Counted from the first letter of the stretch, positions 15,708-24,562 are shown. The stretch: DNA of 32,000 bases from Halomicronema hongdechloris C2206 (GCF_002075285.3 NZ_CP021983.2:4440001-4472000), one strand, 5' to 3'. The notes: generated by a model not told the origin, from the sequence alone. A program made the numbers and translations.

Positions 15708-18700
15708 GTGGAAAATTCGATTGCTTTTCAGGCTCTTCAATCTGTCGATTTTAACTGGACCATGCACATTAAAAGTGTATGGGAAGACATAATTGATGAT
15801 ATTGAGGGATTACACCAACAGGAACGCCACTTTATCGCCTCTGCCCTTGACCAACTCCTAAAGACATCTCAGCCGCTTGCGCCACTTGGCATTGTTATTG
15901 CAGGGGAGGGAGGTGTAGGTAAAACTCATCTCATTGGAGCAATTCGTAAATATACCATTACCCATGGGCTCAATTTTATTCTGGTCGATATGACTGATGT
16001 CCGTGACTTTTGGGAAACTGTTCTTCAGGGCTATATTAGTTCATTACAAGAAGATGCTGTTGATGGTACGGCCCAATTTCAACTAAGAGATTTAGTGGGT
16101 TATTTGGTTTCCCTGACAGGGAAATCGGTCTCTTCAGGTGTGATGGCTGCTCTGCCTGAGAAGTCTTTGAGAAATGCTATCAAGCACGTTTTGAATGCCC
16201 TAGCTCAAGTTGATCGGAAAGCTGCAGCCGAGTTCCAAGATGTCATCCGAGCCTTAATTTTGTTAAATTCTGATAGCTTTGAAATCTTGGGTATTGGTCA
16301 TACTTGGCTGCAGGGATTAGAAATCGAAACTGAGGATAAAACTCGATTTGGCTTCAGGCAAACTATTGCGACTAGTCCCAGGAAAATCGTACAGGGTTTG
16401 TCTTGGTTAATGAGTTTGCAGCGACCATCAGTATTGGCTCTCGATCAACTGGATTCTATCGTGATGCAACATCACTATGGAGCCGGTGGCTCTACAGATT
16501 TAGATCTATCAGAAGAACAACGTATCTCAAAAGCCATTATCGAAGGTATTGGCGGTGGATTAATGGCTCTACGTGATACCATCTATCGTACGCAAATAAT
16601 TGTTTCTTGTCTGGAATCAACCTGGAACGTTCTTGTAAATCAAGCTATTAGTACATTTCAAGATCGCTTTCATAGACCGCTCATCCTAGGACGAGTTATT
16701 AGTTCTGAAGTTGCTCGAGCCATTGTTGAAAAACGCCTTCAGCAGGCATATGAGCAGGTTGGTTTTGTTGCCCCCTACTCTACTTGGCCATTTTCCAAAT
16801 CATTTTTCCAATCTGCTATTCGTCATTCCCCGAGACGGATTTTAAAGCGTTGCTATGAGCATCAACAGCATTGCTTAGTGGCAGGAGAAATTCAGGAAAT
16901 TCATTCATTTGGTAACGACGTAGTCATAGATGATCCTCCTGTCGACCTCGAGGCAATTGATCAGGCATTCGCAACGGCTCAGCAACAGGTTGACATCAGG
17001 GCTGCCCTAGATGAGACCCAAGAAGATGCTGTGTTAGGGCAGTGGCTGCAAACCGCTGCAAAGTGCTTGGTTGCGGAGAACCCGACTCCAGATACGGTGG
17101 ACAGCGAGGTAGAGGTCAACTTTCCAGGCGGCAAAAATTATCCTCAACTTCACGCCAGGGTGAGGCTGATTTACCGCAACGAAGGGGACCGGGAGAAGCA
17201 TTTGTCCTTGAGGGCGCTGTTGCGATCGCATCATGCCGCCTACCGCGCCCGCCTGAAAACGGCCATGACCACGGCTGGTATCGACCATGCCCTGAGTTTT
17301 CGGCGGCTGCTCATTGTCAGAGTCGGTGATATTCCTGGTGGTGCAACTACTCAAGAATTGAGCCACCGATTTACTGAAGCAGGCGGCTTAATGGTCTATC
17401 CCGACGAGGCTGAATTGCGCCTCTTGGCAGCCCTGCATCAGATCAGGTCAATGGAACATTTTGATACCTGGCTGCATCAGCGTCGTCCAGTGTCACAACT
17501 GCGGTGCTTTCAATCCACCGTCACCTGGCTATTTGGCGATACCGTCGATGTATTCTCCTCTGGGAAAACGGTCTCTTCGGGGACGCTAGATTCCCCTCCT
17601 CAACCAGCACCTGACAAGCCAGATGAGTTGCCACTGAAATCGCCACATTCAGGAGATCACCCTGTCGCACCCTCGCCGGTTGGCCTGCCCATTGGCCGAC
17701 AGCTTAGACAGCCCCAAGACATCGTCGCGATTCCCCTAGAGGCCTTAACCAAACACATCGTCATCCTGGCCGGCAGCGGGGCGGGGAAAACCGTGCTGGT
17801 GCGTCGACTGGTGGAAGAAGCCATCCTGAAGCAGATCCCGGCCATTGTCATTGATGGGGCCAATGATCTGGCCCGCATGGGAGATCCATGGCCAGAAACA
17901 CCAGCGGCATGGGATCACCTCGACCGTCGCCAAGCCCAGCAGTACCATCAATCCGTCGATGTCGCCGTTTGGACCCCTGGCCGTGAAGCTGGCAATGCAG
18001 TCACCCTGAACCCGCTACCGGATTTTGCCGCCCTCACGAACAACGCCGATGAACTCAATCAGGCCATCGACATGGCCCGCGACAGTCTGCAAGATATCGT
18101 TGCCTCGGGCAATTCAGCCACGGCCAAGGTGCGGCGAGGCATTCTCAGAAATGCCCTAGAGGTGTTCGCAACTAACGGCGGCGGTGATCTTGAGGGCTTT
18201 GCCGACTTTTTAAGAGACCTCCCCGAGGATGCCGCCGGCAACATTTCTAGAGCCAGCCAACATGCCCAAGCCATGGCAGATTTACTCAGTGCAGAAATGG
18301 CCAACAATCCCCTCCTGCGTCAGAGTGGCGCCCCACTGGCCCCGGCCATTTTGCTAGGGCTAGAGGGTTCGTCTGCCAAAACTCGCCTCTCGATTCTCAA
18401 CTTTATTGGTCTGTCTGGACTGCCGCAGCAGCAGCAGTTCCTCCATCAACTGGCCATGACCCTATTTACCTGGATTAAGAAACACCCAGCCCCAGCAGGT
18501 CAACCCCTACGGGGGCTGCTGGTGATCGATGAGGCCAAGGACTTTTTACCGTCTCGGCAATCGACTCCCTGTAAATCCAGCCTGAATCGTCTCGCTGCCC
18601 AGGCTCGGAAATACGGGCTAGGGCTGATCTTTGCCACCCAAGCCCCCAAGAGTATTGACCATAATATTATCGCCAACTGCTCAACCCAGTTCTATGGGCG

Positions 18701-18923
18701 CAGCAATTCTCCAGCAGCGATCGATGTAGTGCGGGATCAACTCCAGCAACGCGGCGGCCAGGGGGACGATATTGCTCAACTGCAGCGAGGAGAGTTTTAT
18801 GCCGTTTCTGAATCAATCAATCCCCCGATTAAAATCACGGTGCCGCTGTGTTTGTCCTTCCATCCGCCCACTCCCTTAGATGAATCAGAGGTATTAGAGC
18901 GGGCCAAGCAATCTCGCCAATAA
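15708..18923 (+). CDS. Cassette gene C: 1071-aa double P-loop protein (N-terminal ORC/STAND-like NTPase plus C-terminal HerA/FtsK-like DUF87-type ATPase)
   Basis: The GTG start lies 11 nt after the gene B stop, with AGGA 9 nt upstream. Module 1 has Walker A GEGGVGKTH (aa 66-74, nt 15903-15929) and Walker B-like VLALDQLD (aa ~242-249). A Pro/Ser-rich linker spans aa ~620-665. Module 2 has Walker A ILAGSGAGKT (aa 686-695, nt ~17763-17792), IPAIVIDGANDL, Walker B LLVIDEAKDF (aa 937-946) and ARKYGLGLIFATQAPKSIDHNIIANCSTQFYGR. The last string is typical of HerA/VirB4/FtsK-clade ATPases. Confidence 0.85.
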   Translation: MENSIAFQALQSVDFNWTMHIKSVWEDIIDDIEGLHQQERHFIASALDQLLKTSQPLAPLGIVIAGEGGVGKTHLIGAIRKYTITHGLNFILVDMTDVRDFWETVLQGYISSLQEDAVDGTAQFQLRDLVGYLVSLTGKSVSSGVMAALPEKSLRNAIKHVLNALAQVDRKAAAEFQDVIRALILLNSDSFEILGIGHTWLQGLEIETEDKTRFGFRQTIATSPRKIVQGLSWLMSLQRPSVLALDQLDSIVMQHHYGAGGSTDLDLSEEQRISKAIIEGIGGGLMALRDTIYRTQIIVSCLESTWNVLVNQAISTFQDRFHRPLILGRVISSEVARAIVEKRLQQAYEQVGFVAPYSTWPFSKSFFQSAIRHSPRRILKRCYEHQQHCLVAGEIQEIHSFGNDVVIDDPPVDLEAIDQAFATAQQQVDIRAALDETQEDAVLGQWLQTAAKCLVAENPTPDTVDSEVEVNFPGGKNYPQLHARVRLIYRNEGDREKHLSLRALLRSHHAAYRARLKTAMTTAGIDHALSFRRLLIVRVGDIPGGATTQELSHRFTEAGGLMVYPDEAELRLLAALHQIRSMEHFDTWLHQRRPVSQLRCFQSTVTWLFGDTVDVFSSGKTVSSGTLDSPPQPAPDKPDELPLKSPHSGDHPVAPSPVGLPIGRQLRQPQDIVAIPLEALTKHIVILAGSGAGKTVLVRRLVEEAILKQIPAIVIDGANDLARMGDPWPETPAAWDHLDRRQAQQYHQSVDVAVWTPGREAGNAVTLNPLPDFAALTNNADELNQAIDMARDSLQDIVASGNSATAKVRRGILRNALEVFATNGGGDLEGFADFLRDLPEDAAGNISRASQHAQAMADLLSAEMANNPLLRQSGAPLAPAILLGLEGSSAKTRLSILNFIGLSGLPQQQQFLHQLAMTLFTWIKKHPAPAGQPLRGLLVIDEAKDFLPSRQSTPCKSSLNRLAAQARKYGLGLIFATQAPKSIDHNIIANCSTQFYGRSNSPAAIDVVRDQLQQRGGQGDDIAQLQRGEFYAVSESINPPIKITVPLCLSFHPPTPLDESEVLERAKQSRQ

Positions 18924-19065
18924 AATCTGCAGAGTAATGATTTATAACAACTGCAATACGTCATTCCGGACAAGCGCAGCACGACCCGGAATTCAGGTCG
19001 TACACTCTGGGCCCAAGAGACTGTTTGAAACCAGCGTTTATCAGCCAGCAGTTGGTCCCTCTGCC

Positions 19066-19740
19066 TTAGCCACCTGTTTGAATACTCAAATGCTGAGTAG
19101 CCGCCTGAGCAACGATCTCAGACTCATCCTGAGTCAGGCGCTCTAGGGCCGCCCGGGCCTCTGGAGCCGTGAAATGATGCAAGGCCGTGACCAGGCGATG
19201 GCGTACCTGCCAGTCGGCATCTTCTACGAAGGGCAATAGTAAAGGGATAGCGCGCTCATCCTGCAACTCGCCCAGGGAGCCAATGGCTGCGGTCTTCACC
19301 AATTCGTTGTCCGACCCCAGGGCCTCTCGCAGCAAATCAAAGGCCCTAGGGTCACCAAACTCTCCTAGGGCTGCAATAATGCTGAACTGGACTAGCCATT
19401 CTGAACTTTCATAATACTGGGCTTTCAAATCCTCAAACAGCCCCGATAATTTCAAGGCACCGATAGTGTCTGCCGCCGCCGCTTGAACGTCAGGTTCAGG
19501 ATCGCTCAGTAACGCCTGACGCAATAGCCCTAGCAAGCGGTTCCCATCTTGATGGCCCAGGCTAGCTAGTTGGCTAATGGCCGCGTAACGTACTCGATCA
19601 TTGCCGTCCTGGGCAGCTAACTGCACCATGTCAAAGGCGATGGCCGGGTCGAGCTGTCGTAATTGGTTAACGCCGCGGAGTCGCTCCCCAAAATCCTCAG
19701 ACTGCAAGAGCTGCCTGGCACTTTCCGGTGTGATGGACAT
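19066..19740 (-). CDS. HEAT-repeat protein (PBS-lyase HEAT-like repeats)
   Basis: 224 aa with repeated ...D.VR..A..aLg..gd..a...L motifs (DRVRYAAISQLASLG, PDVQAAAADTIGAL, WLVQFSIIAALGEFGD, ELVKTAAIGSLGEL, WQVRHRLVTAL). Confidence 0.8.
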   Translation of the reverse strand: MSITPESARQLLQSEDFGERLRGVNQLRQLDPAIAFDMVQLAAQDGNDRVRYAAISQLASLGHQDGNRLLGLLRQALLSDPEPDVQAAAADTIGALKLSGLFEDLKAQYYESSEWLVQFSIIAALGEFGDPRAFDLLREALGSDNELVKTAAIGSLGELQDERAIPLLLPFVEDADWQVRHRLVTALHHFTAPEARAALERLTQDESEIVAQAATQHLSIQTGG

Positions 19741-20014
19741 TTGTTATCCGCTACACAAAACCCTTAGTACCACTATCGGGCATTTTGGGGATCAGGCGAC
19801 AGAGTGTCTACAAGATTTTCTCAGAATTCAAGAGAGAGCCCTGGGCATATTCAGGGTGATTGCTCTGAAAAACCTCTGTGGTAGCAGGGTCAAGCCTTCG
19901 TCCCATGCCAGGAGCTACCAACATTAAGCAATATTTCACCTAACCAGTATCTGGTGCGGGACTCGAGAAAACGATTTAACCCTGCACCAGATAGCAACCG
20001 CTGTTATGGCCATA

Positions 20015-20497
20015 TCAAACAGACTGGGCCGTCTCATCGTAACTTCTAGCCATTTCCCGCACGATATCGCCCCGGGTGAGGATGCCCACCACCTTGCGGT
20101 CCTGATCAACCACGGGCAAACGCCGCACATGTTTGTCGTGCATGGTTTGGGCTGCATCCCGAATCGACTGGCTTGGCGTTGCCGTCACCACCTGTTCAGT
20201 CATTAGATCTCGGACTAATTGCCCCAGCGCCTTGTGCAATTCTTGGTTGTAGCGAACCGGATTTTTCAGATAGATCACACTGTCAAGCAAGGTGATATAG
20301 GCGGGCAAAGGCGCGCCAGTAGCTTGCCACATCAAATCTGATTCCGACAAAATTCCCACCAGTCGGCCGGTATCATCTGTCACCGGTATGCCGCTGATGT
20401 GGTGATCGATTAGCACCTGCACAGCATCCTTCAAGACAGTAGTGGGACGCACCGTTAGTGGATTCGGTGTCATCACGTCGGCGACAGCTTTGGCCAT
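20015..20497 (-). CDS. CBS-domain pair protein
   Basis: 160 aa. Two CBS motifs: DVMTPNPLTV...HHISGIPVTDDTGRLVGILSESDL and DLMTEQVVTA...KHVRRLPVVDQDRKVVGILTRGDI. Confidence 0.85.
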   Translation of the reverse strand: MAKAVADVMTPNPLTVRPTTVLKDAVQVLIDHHISGIPVTDDTGRLVGILSESDLMWQATGAPLPAYITLLDSVIYLKNPVRYNQELHKALGQLVRDLMTEQVVTATPSQSIRDAAQTMHDKHVRRLPVVDQDRKVVGILTRGDIVREMARSYDETAQSV

Positions 20498-20580
20498 ATA
20501 ACCCCCTAATTGGCGTAGGTGAGGGACTCAGTCTCCTCTATAGTCATTCTAGAAAAGGCCATCACGAAACCATCGGCCTT

Positions 20581-21648
20581 TCACAGGTCGTTACAGTAAC
20601 ACACCAGGATCTCAATACACTCAGCAATGGCCCCTAAGTGGGCAATCTCATAGCCATGGGTGTTCTGGGTGGGGAAGCTCAGACAGGCGGCTCGAGACAC
20701 ATGGCCAAATTTCATGGCGATGGAGCCATCACTGCCAAAACTACTAAGAGTAGTCAATTGCAGGGAGACACCTGCCACCGCTGCTGCTCGGCGAATATCA
20801 CGATTGAGCCCATCGTCGTAGAGACCATAGCCATCCTGATAGAGCAACACTGGCTGCTCCCCAGCCTGAATCGGATATTCCCTGGAAAGCGGACAAATTT
20901 CTAGAGCAATCAGACCTTCGAGCCGATGGCGTTGGGTGAAGTAAAGGGCTCCTACGGCTCCCACTTCTTCCTTGGCAGAGGCAACTAAATAGACCGTTAC
21001 TGGAGGCTGCTGCAGCCGTTCAGCCAGAGCCAATAAGATGGCTACCGAGGCCTTGTTATCGAGGGTATAGCTGGCCATATAATTGCCCAGGCGGCAGGGG
21101 CGCTTGCGGTGCTTGCCTACCACTACCCGCGTGCCAGGATGAACACCAGCATCTGCCAAAGCCTCTTGAGACAAAGTGGTCTCGATCCAAGCATCTTCCC
21201 AGAGGACGGCCTTACCTTCCTGATGTTCTTTCTGCGGAGATTGGTGGGAGACGTGGCGGGAGCCAAAGCAGAGAATGCCACTGACGGTAGTATGGTCCCC
21301 CAATACATCAACCACCCCTTCGCCATAGACCCAAGGGAAGGCCCCGCCTAGGGGACCAACAGTAATACGCCCATTGCGCTGAATGGTCTTGACGATGGCA
21401 CCAATTTCGTCTTTGTGGCCAGTAATGGCAATGGCCCGCTCAGGCTGAGCGGCTCCGTTGTCGCTGGTCTGACTACGGCCGGGAATCTTGGCAATGATAT
21501 TGTCAGCCTCGTCTTGCCAGTGCTCGACGCCTAAAGCACTCAGACGATCTAACAGGTATGTATTCAGTTCGGTCTCGGCTCCACTCGGGGAGTGGCACAT
21601 GACCAAATGATCAATCTGGTGGAAGAGCTGGTCGTAGGCCATAGGCAT
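20581..21648 (-). CDS. M42-family metallopeptidase (glutamyl aminopeptidase / FrvX-like)
   Basis: 355 aa. GHKDEIG (compare HMDEIG), LDNKASVA, SAKEEVG, and a C-terminal QNTHGYEI-type motif, in the order expected for M42. Confidence 0.75.
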   Translation of the reverse strand: MPMAYDQLFHQIDHLVMCHSPSGAETELNTYLLDRLSALGVEHWQDEADNIIAKIPGRSQTSDNGAAQPERAIAITGHKDEIGAIVKTIQRNGRITVGPLGGAFPWVYGEGVVDVLGDHTTVSGILCFGSRHVSHQSPQKEHQEGKAVLWEDAWIETTLSQEALADAGVHPGTRVVVGKHRKRPCRLGNYMASYTLDNKASVAILLALAERLQQPPVTVYLVASAKEEVGAVGALYFTQRHRLEGLIALEICPLSREYPIQAGEQPVLLYQDGYGLYDDGLNRDIRRAAAVAGVSLQLTTLSSFGSDGSIAMKFGHVSRAACLSFPTQNTHGYEIAHLGAIAECIEILVCYCNDL

Positions 21649-21718
21649 TGGTGCAGAAATAGTTATGGCCCTGGGCAGGGTGGGAGGTCAAACGATGTGC
21701 AATGATTTTGCCTCGATC

Positions 21719-22039
21719 TTAGGTTGGAGTGTTCCCCGTTAGGACCGCCTGCAAGCGGCTGCGGAATTGGCCTTTAGGATGTCCTCCCTTGACTTCTCCC
21801 AGGATGGTGAAGTCCCCGTCTGGATCATCGCAGATGATATATGTCGGCCATCCCATTTGAGCTTTATCGGGATATTGAGCCAGCAACACATTGCGATATT
21901 TGCGGTAAGTCGCTGTGTCTTGCATCTTCACGTCGACGAATTCCAAGCCCAGCTCCGTGGCGACTTTCTGATCATAGAACGACATCTTGTGGCAGATGCC
22001 GCAGTCCTCGGAGGAAAATTTAATTACGGTGCGACTCAT
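21719..22039 (-). CDS. Thioredoxin-fold protein (CxxC = CGIC)
   Basis: The preferred start is the ATG at 22039, with GGAG ~9 nt upstream, rather than the upstream ATG at 22105. The 106-aa product begins MSRTVIKFSSEDCGICHKM, with WPTY later (a cis-Pro-like position). Confidence 0.65.
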   Translation of the reverse strand: MSRTVIKFSSEDCGICHKMSFYDQKVATELGLEFVDVKMQDTATYRKYRNVLLAQYPDKAQMGWPTYIICDDPDGDFTILGEVKGGHPKGQFRSRLQAVLTGNTPT

Positions 22040-22138
22040 GGTTCTTGCTCCCCAGCACAATCGATCGTCAGTATGACTCGTTAGCCTGCAGAGGACCATA
22101 GTCATCCTATAGCAATCGCTACGGAACCATGACCAGAG

Positions 22139-24442
22139 TTATGCCAGGGGCTGTTGTTGCCGCCAGCGCTGTAACGCTGGCACCACTGGACAGGGGGGTG
22201 CTTCTTGTAAAGCATCCGGTTTACTCCAGGTGAAGGGAGCCTGGCGGGCGGCTGACAGCCACAAAAAACGCTTGGCCCGGGTCATGGCGACGTAGAGTAG
22301 GCGATATTCTTCCGCGGTTTTCAGGGTCTGGGCCTGGTGCCAGGCGGCTATGGCATTGGGCATAGGCTGGGCGGCGGCGTCTCCGTGGGCATGGGCCCGG
22401 ATTTGAGCCCGGGCTACTTCGGCTAGGGTAAAGTCTCCTAGAAATTGGGCTTGGGGTGGCACCCAAAGCTCTCCTGGCAAGGTGCGCTGGTGCAGAAAGG
22501 GCAGAAATACGCCGTCCCAATCTAGGCCCTTGGCTTTGTGCATGGTAATCACGGTTAGCTGGCCCCGGCGGGTATAGAGATCGTCGGTATCTTCTGTCTC
22601 TACAGCTTCGAAGCGCTCGGTATCCACGATGTCTCGCAGGATCTGAATCAGGGTGTTTAAGCCCATGGCAGCCTGGGCCTGTTGGCCTAAGCGAGTCGCC
22701 AACTTGTCGGCGGTGGCCAGTTCACTCTGGTTGTAGCCGAGGCTGAGGCCGATGAAGGGCACCAGGTGGTAGGGGGGCAATTCAAATCGCGATCGCACCA
22801 AACTGACACAGAGGTGCTGAGCCTGGCGAGCCGCATCGGTGGTTCGCGGTGGGTCTAGGGGGGTCGGGTAGAGAAACTGTTCAGGGGCACTGGCTAGGGC
22901 GTCGAGATCTTGGCCGGGAATGCGGCGACGGTCTACCAATACCCGTAGGGCCGCCTTCAGGGTGTCGGCAGAATGGGGCCGCTGGATGAACTGCAGCAGG
23001 GTGAGCATCTCCCGGGGCACTTGGGTCTGGCGATCCTGTTCGCCCACGTCGTAGAGATGAATCCCAGTCGCGGCCAGGTCGGAACCATAGCACTGTCTGA
23101 GATGATGGCTGATAAATTGACCCTGGCGATATTCCCGCACCAGGATGGCCCAACTGTAAGTGTGGGGGGCCATCGTGCCTGCTAGGATCTGCTGGGCGAT
23201 GGCGGCTACCGTATCGTGAATGGTGTCTGGGGTCTGAATGGTAACCCCCTCACCCAGGGGAGCCGGGTTGGCATCGGGCTGAGGATCACCGCAGGGCACT
23301 GGTCGAATGGTTTGGGGCCGAAAGGGCAATGGCTGCATCGCCACGGTCTGGTTGACCCAGCCCAGTACGAAGTTGGCCGCTGCCATGATGATGGGGCTGC
23401 TGCGGCCGGCTTCATCCATGGTCACCAGGCGTCCTTGCCCCTGGCAGCGATCGCAAAATTGGTTGAAGTACACCGGGTCTGCCGGCGTGAAGGTGGAGTT
23501 GATGGCCTGGTTGGGATCGCCCACCCGGATTAGATTCAGGTTTTGATCTGGGTGTTGGGGAGCCGCGGCCAGTTGCTCTAGCAGTTGGGTCTGTAGCGGC
23601 GAGGAGTCTTGGGCCTCGTCCTCGAACACGGCAAATACCCGCGATTGCCAGAATCGTCGCGTCTCAGGGTCCGCCAGGGCGCGTAAGGCCGCCAGAATCA
23701 TGTCGTCGTAGTCGATGAAGCCCCGCTGCTGTAGGCCGTCTTGATACTGCTGGTAAAGCCCTGCCGCCAGGGTGAGCACCGGATAGTCGGTACCACCGTC
23801 AGTATCGATGCGATGGAGACTGGTCGCTAACTCGGCCAGGACCTCTGGCAGCAGACCCGAGCTTTTGGCTTCTCGGATGGCGGTATGGGCTAGCGTCGGC
23901 AGGACGTCGGTGCGCAACACCGATTGCCGCCGCAGCCGCTCGGTTTCTTCGCCGTCGAATTGACGGCCTTCGATCAAGTGCTGATATAACTCGGGATGAT
24001 GGGTGATCCAACGCTCTACGCTTTGACGCATCAACCGATGGCTCTGGCTGGGGGAGACTAGGGTCAGGGTCTCTAGGTTGAGGTTGGAGAGTTCTGGGTT
24101 GCGGCTGGCGATGGTCAGGGCTAAGCCATGTAGGGTATAGGTGACGAAGCTGGTTTGGGGCAGGGATAGCTGCTGCAGATGCGATCGCACCTTGGCCTTC
24201 AGATTCGCCGCTGCCGAGCGGGTGAACGTAACTAATATCAACTGGCGGCGACCATGGAGTCGCTGCTGAGCAATGGTAAAGGCTGCCGCCGCCGCCATAC
24301 CGGTAGATTTTCCCGACCCTGGCACCGCCGAGACCGCCAAGGGACCTCCGGTCCAATCGGCCATGGCTTGTTGACCATGGCGCAGACCACGGTATAGCTC
24401 CTGCAGCACGGCAGGGCGATCGAGGGAAGGACTGCTGACCAC
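22139..24442 (-). CDS. UvrD/REP-family (SF1) DNA helicase
   Basis: 767 aa. Walker A AVPGSGKST, motif II FEDEAQDS, VGDPNQAI, and C-terminal TMHKAKGLDWDGVFL and YVAMTRAK motifs. GTG start with GAGGAG upstream. Confidence 0.85.
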   Translation of the reverse strand: MVSSPSLDRPAVLQELYRGLRHGQQAMADWTGGPLAVSAVPGSGKSTGMAAAAAFTIAQQRLHGRRQLILVTFTRSAAANLKAKVRSHLQQLSLPQTSFVTYTLHGLALTIASRNPELSNLNLETLTLVSPSQSHRLMRQSVERWITHHPELYQHLIEGRQFDGEETERLRRQSVLRTDVLPTLAHTAIREAKSSGLLPEVLAELATSLHRIDTDGGTDYPVLTLAAGLYQQYQDGLQQRGFIDYDDMILAALRALADPETRRFWQSRVFAVFEDEAQDSSPLQTQLLEQLAAAPQHPDQNLNLIRVGDPNQAINSTFTPADPVYFNQFCDRCQGQGRLVTMDEAGRSSPIIMAAANFVLGWVNQTVAMQPLPFRPQTIRPVPCGDPQPDANPAPLGEGVTIQTPDTIHDTVAAIAQQILAGTMAPHTYSWAILVREYRQGQFISHHLRQCYGSDLAATGIHLYDVGEQDRQTQVPREMLTLLQFIQRPHSADTLKAALRVLVDRRRIPGQDLDALASAPEQFLYPTPLDPPRTTDAARQAQHLCVSLVRSRFELPPYHLVPFIGLSLGYNQSELATADKLATRLGQQAQAAMGLNTLIQILRDIVDTERFEAVETEDTDDLYTRRGQLTVITMHKAKGLDWDGVFLPFLHQRTLPGELWVPPQAQFLGDFTLAEVARAQIRAHAHGDAAAQPMPNAIAAWHQAQTLKTAEEYRLLYVAMTRAKRFLWLSAARQAPFTWSKPDALQEAPPCPVVPALQRWRQQQPLA

Positions 24443-24562
24443 AGGGCTCCTCTCTGTCTATCCCTTCAGCATAGCGGCAGCTACGGCCAAAGGCAGAAAC
24501 CAGACCGCAGAAGACGGACAAAAATCTTACGGCTGGCGGCTAGAAGCCACGCCTATACCAAG

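Noticed and set aside
17034-17366. Antisense and alternative-frame ORFs inside cassette gene C (17034-17366 -, 17042-17329 +, 17657-17951 -, 18059-18307 -)
   Set aside because: All are embedded in the long motif-bearing 1071-aa frame. They show the Arg/Pro/Gly-rich composition expected from off-frames in the GC-rich half.
13531-19065. Considered whether the three-gene cassette is a transposon or integrative element
   Set aside because: The window contains no transposase, integrase or recombinase ORF. I could see no terminal inverted repeats or flanking direct repeats when comparing 13531-13933 with 18924-19065, and no tRNA attachment site. Foreign origin is supported only by composition.
18937-19146. 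69-aa plus-strand ORF right after cassette gene C, considered as a possible fourth cassette gene
   Set aside because: It has no SD and overlaps the 3' end of the convergent HEAT-repeat gene. Its composition is not protein-like and no motif is visible.
23799-24521. 240-aa minus-strand ORF overlapping the 5' part of the UvrD-like helicase gene
   Set aside because: It is an alternative frame of the same strand as the helicase, which has clear SF1 motifs. The product is extremely Arg/Pro/Ser-rich.
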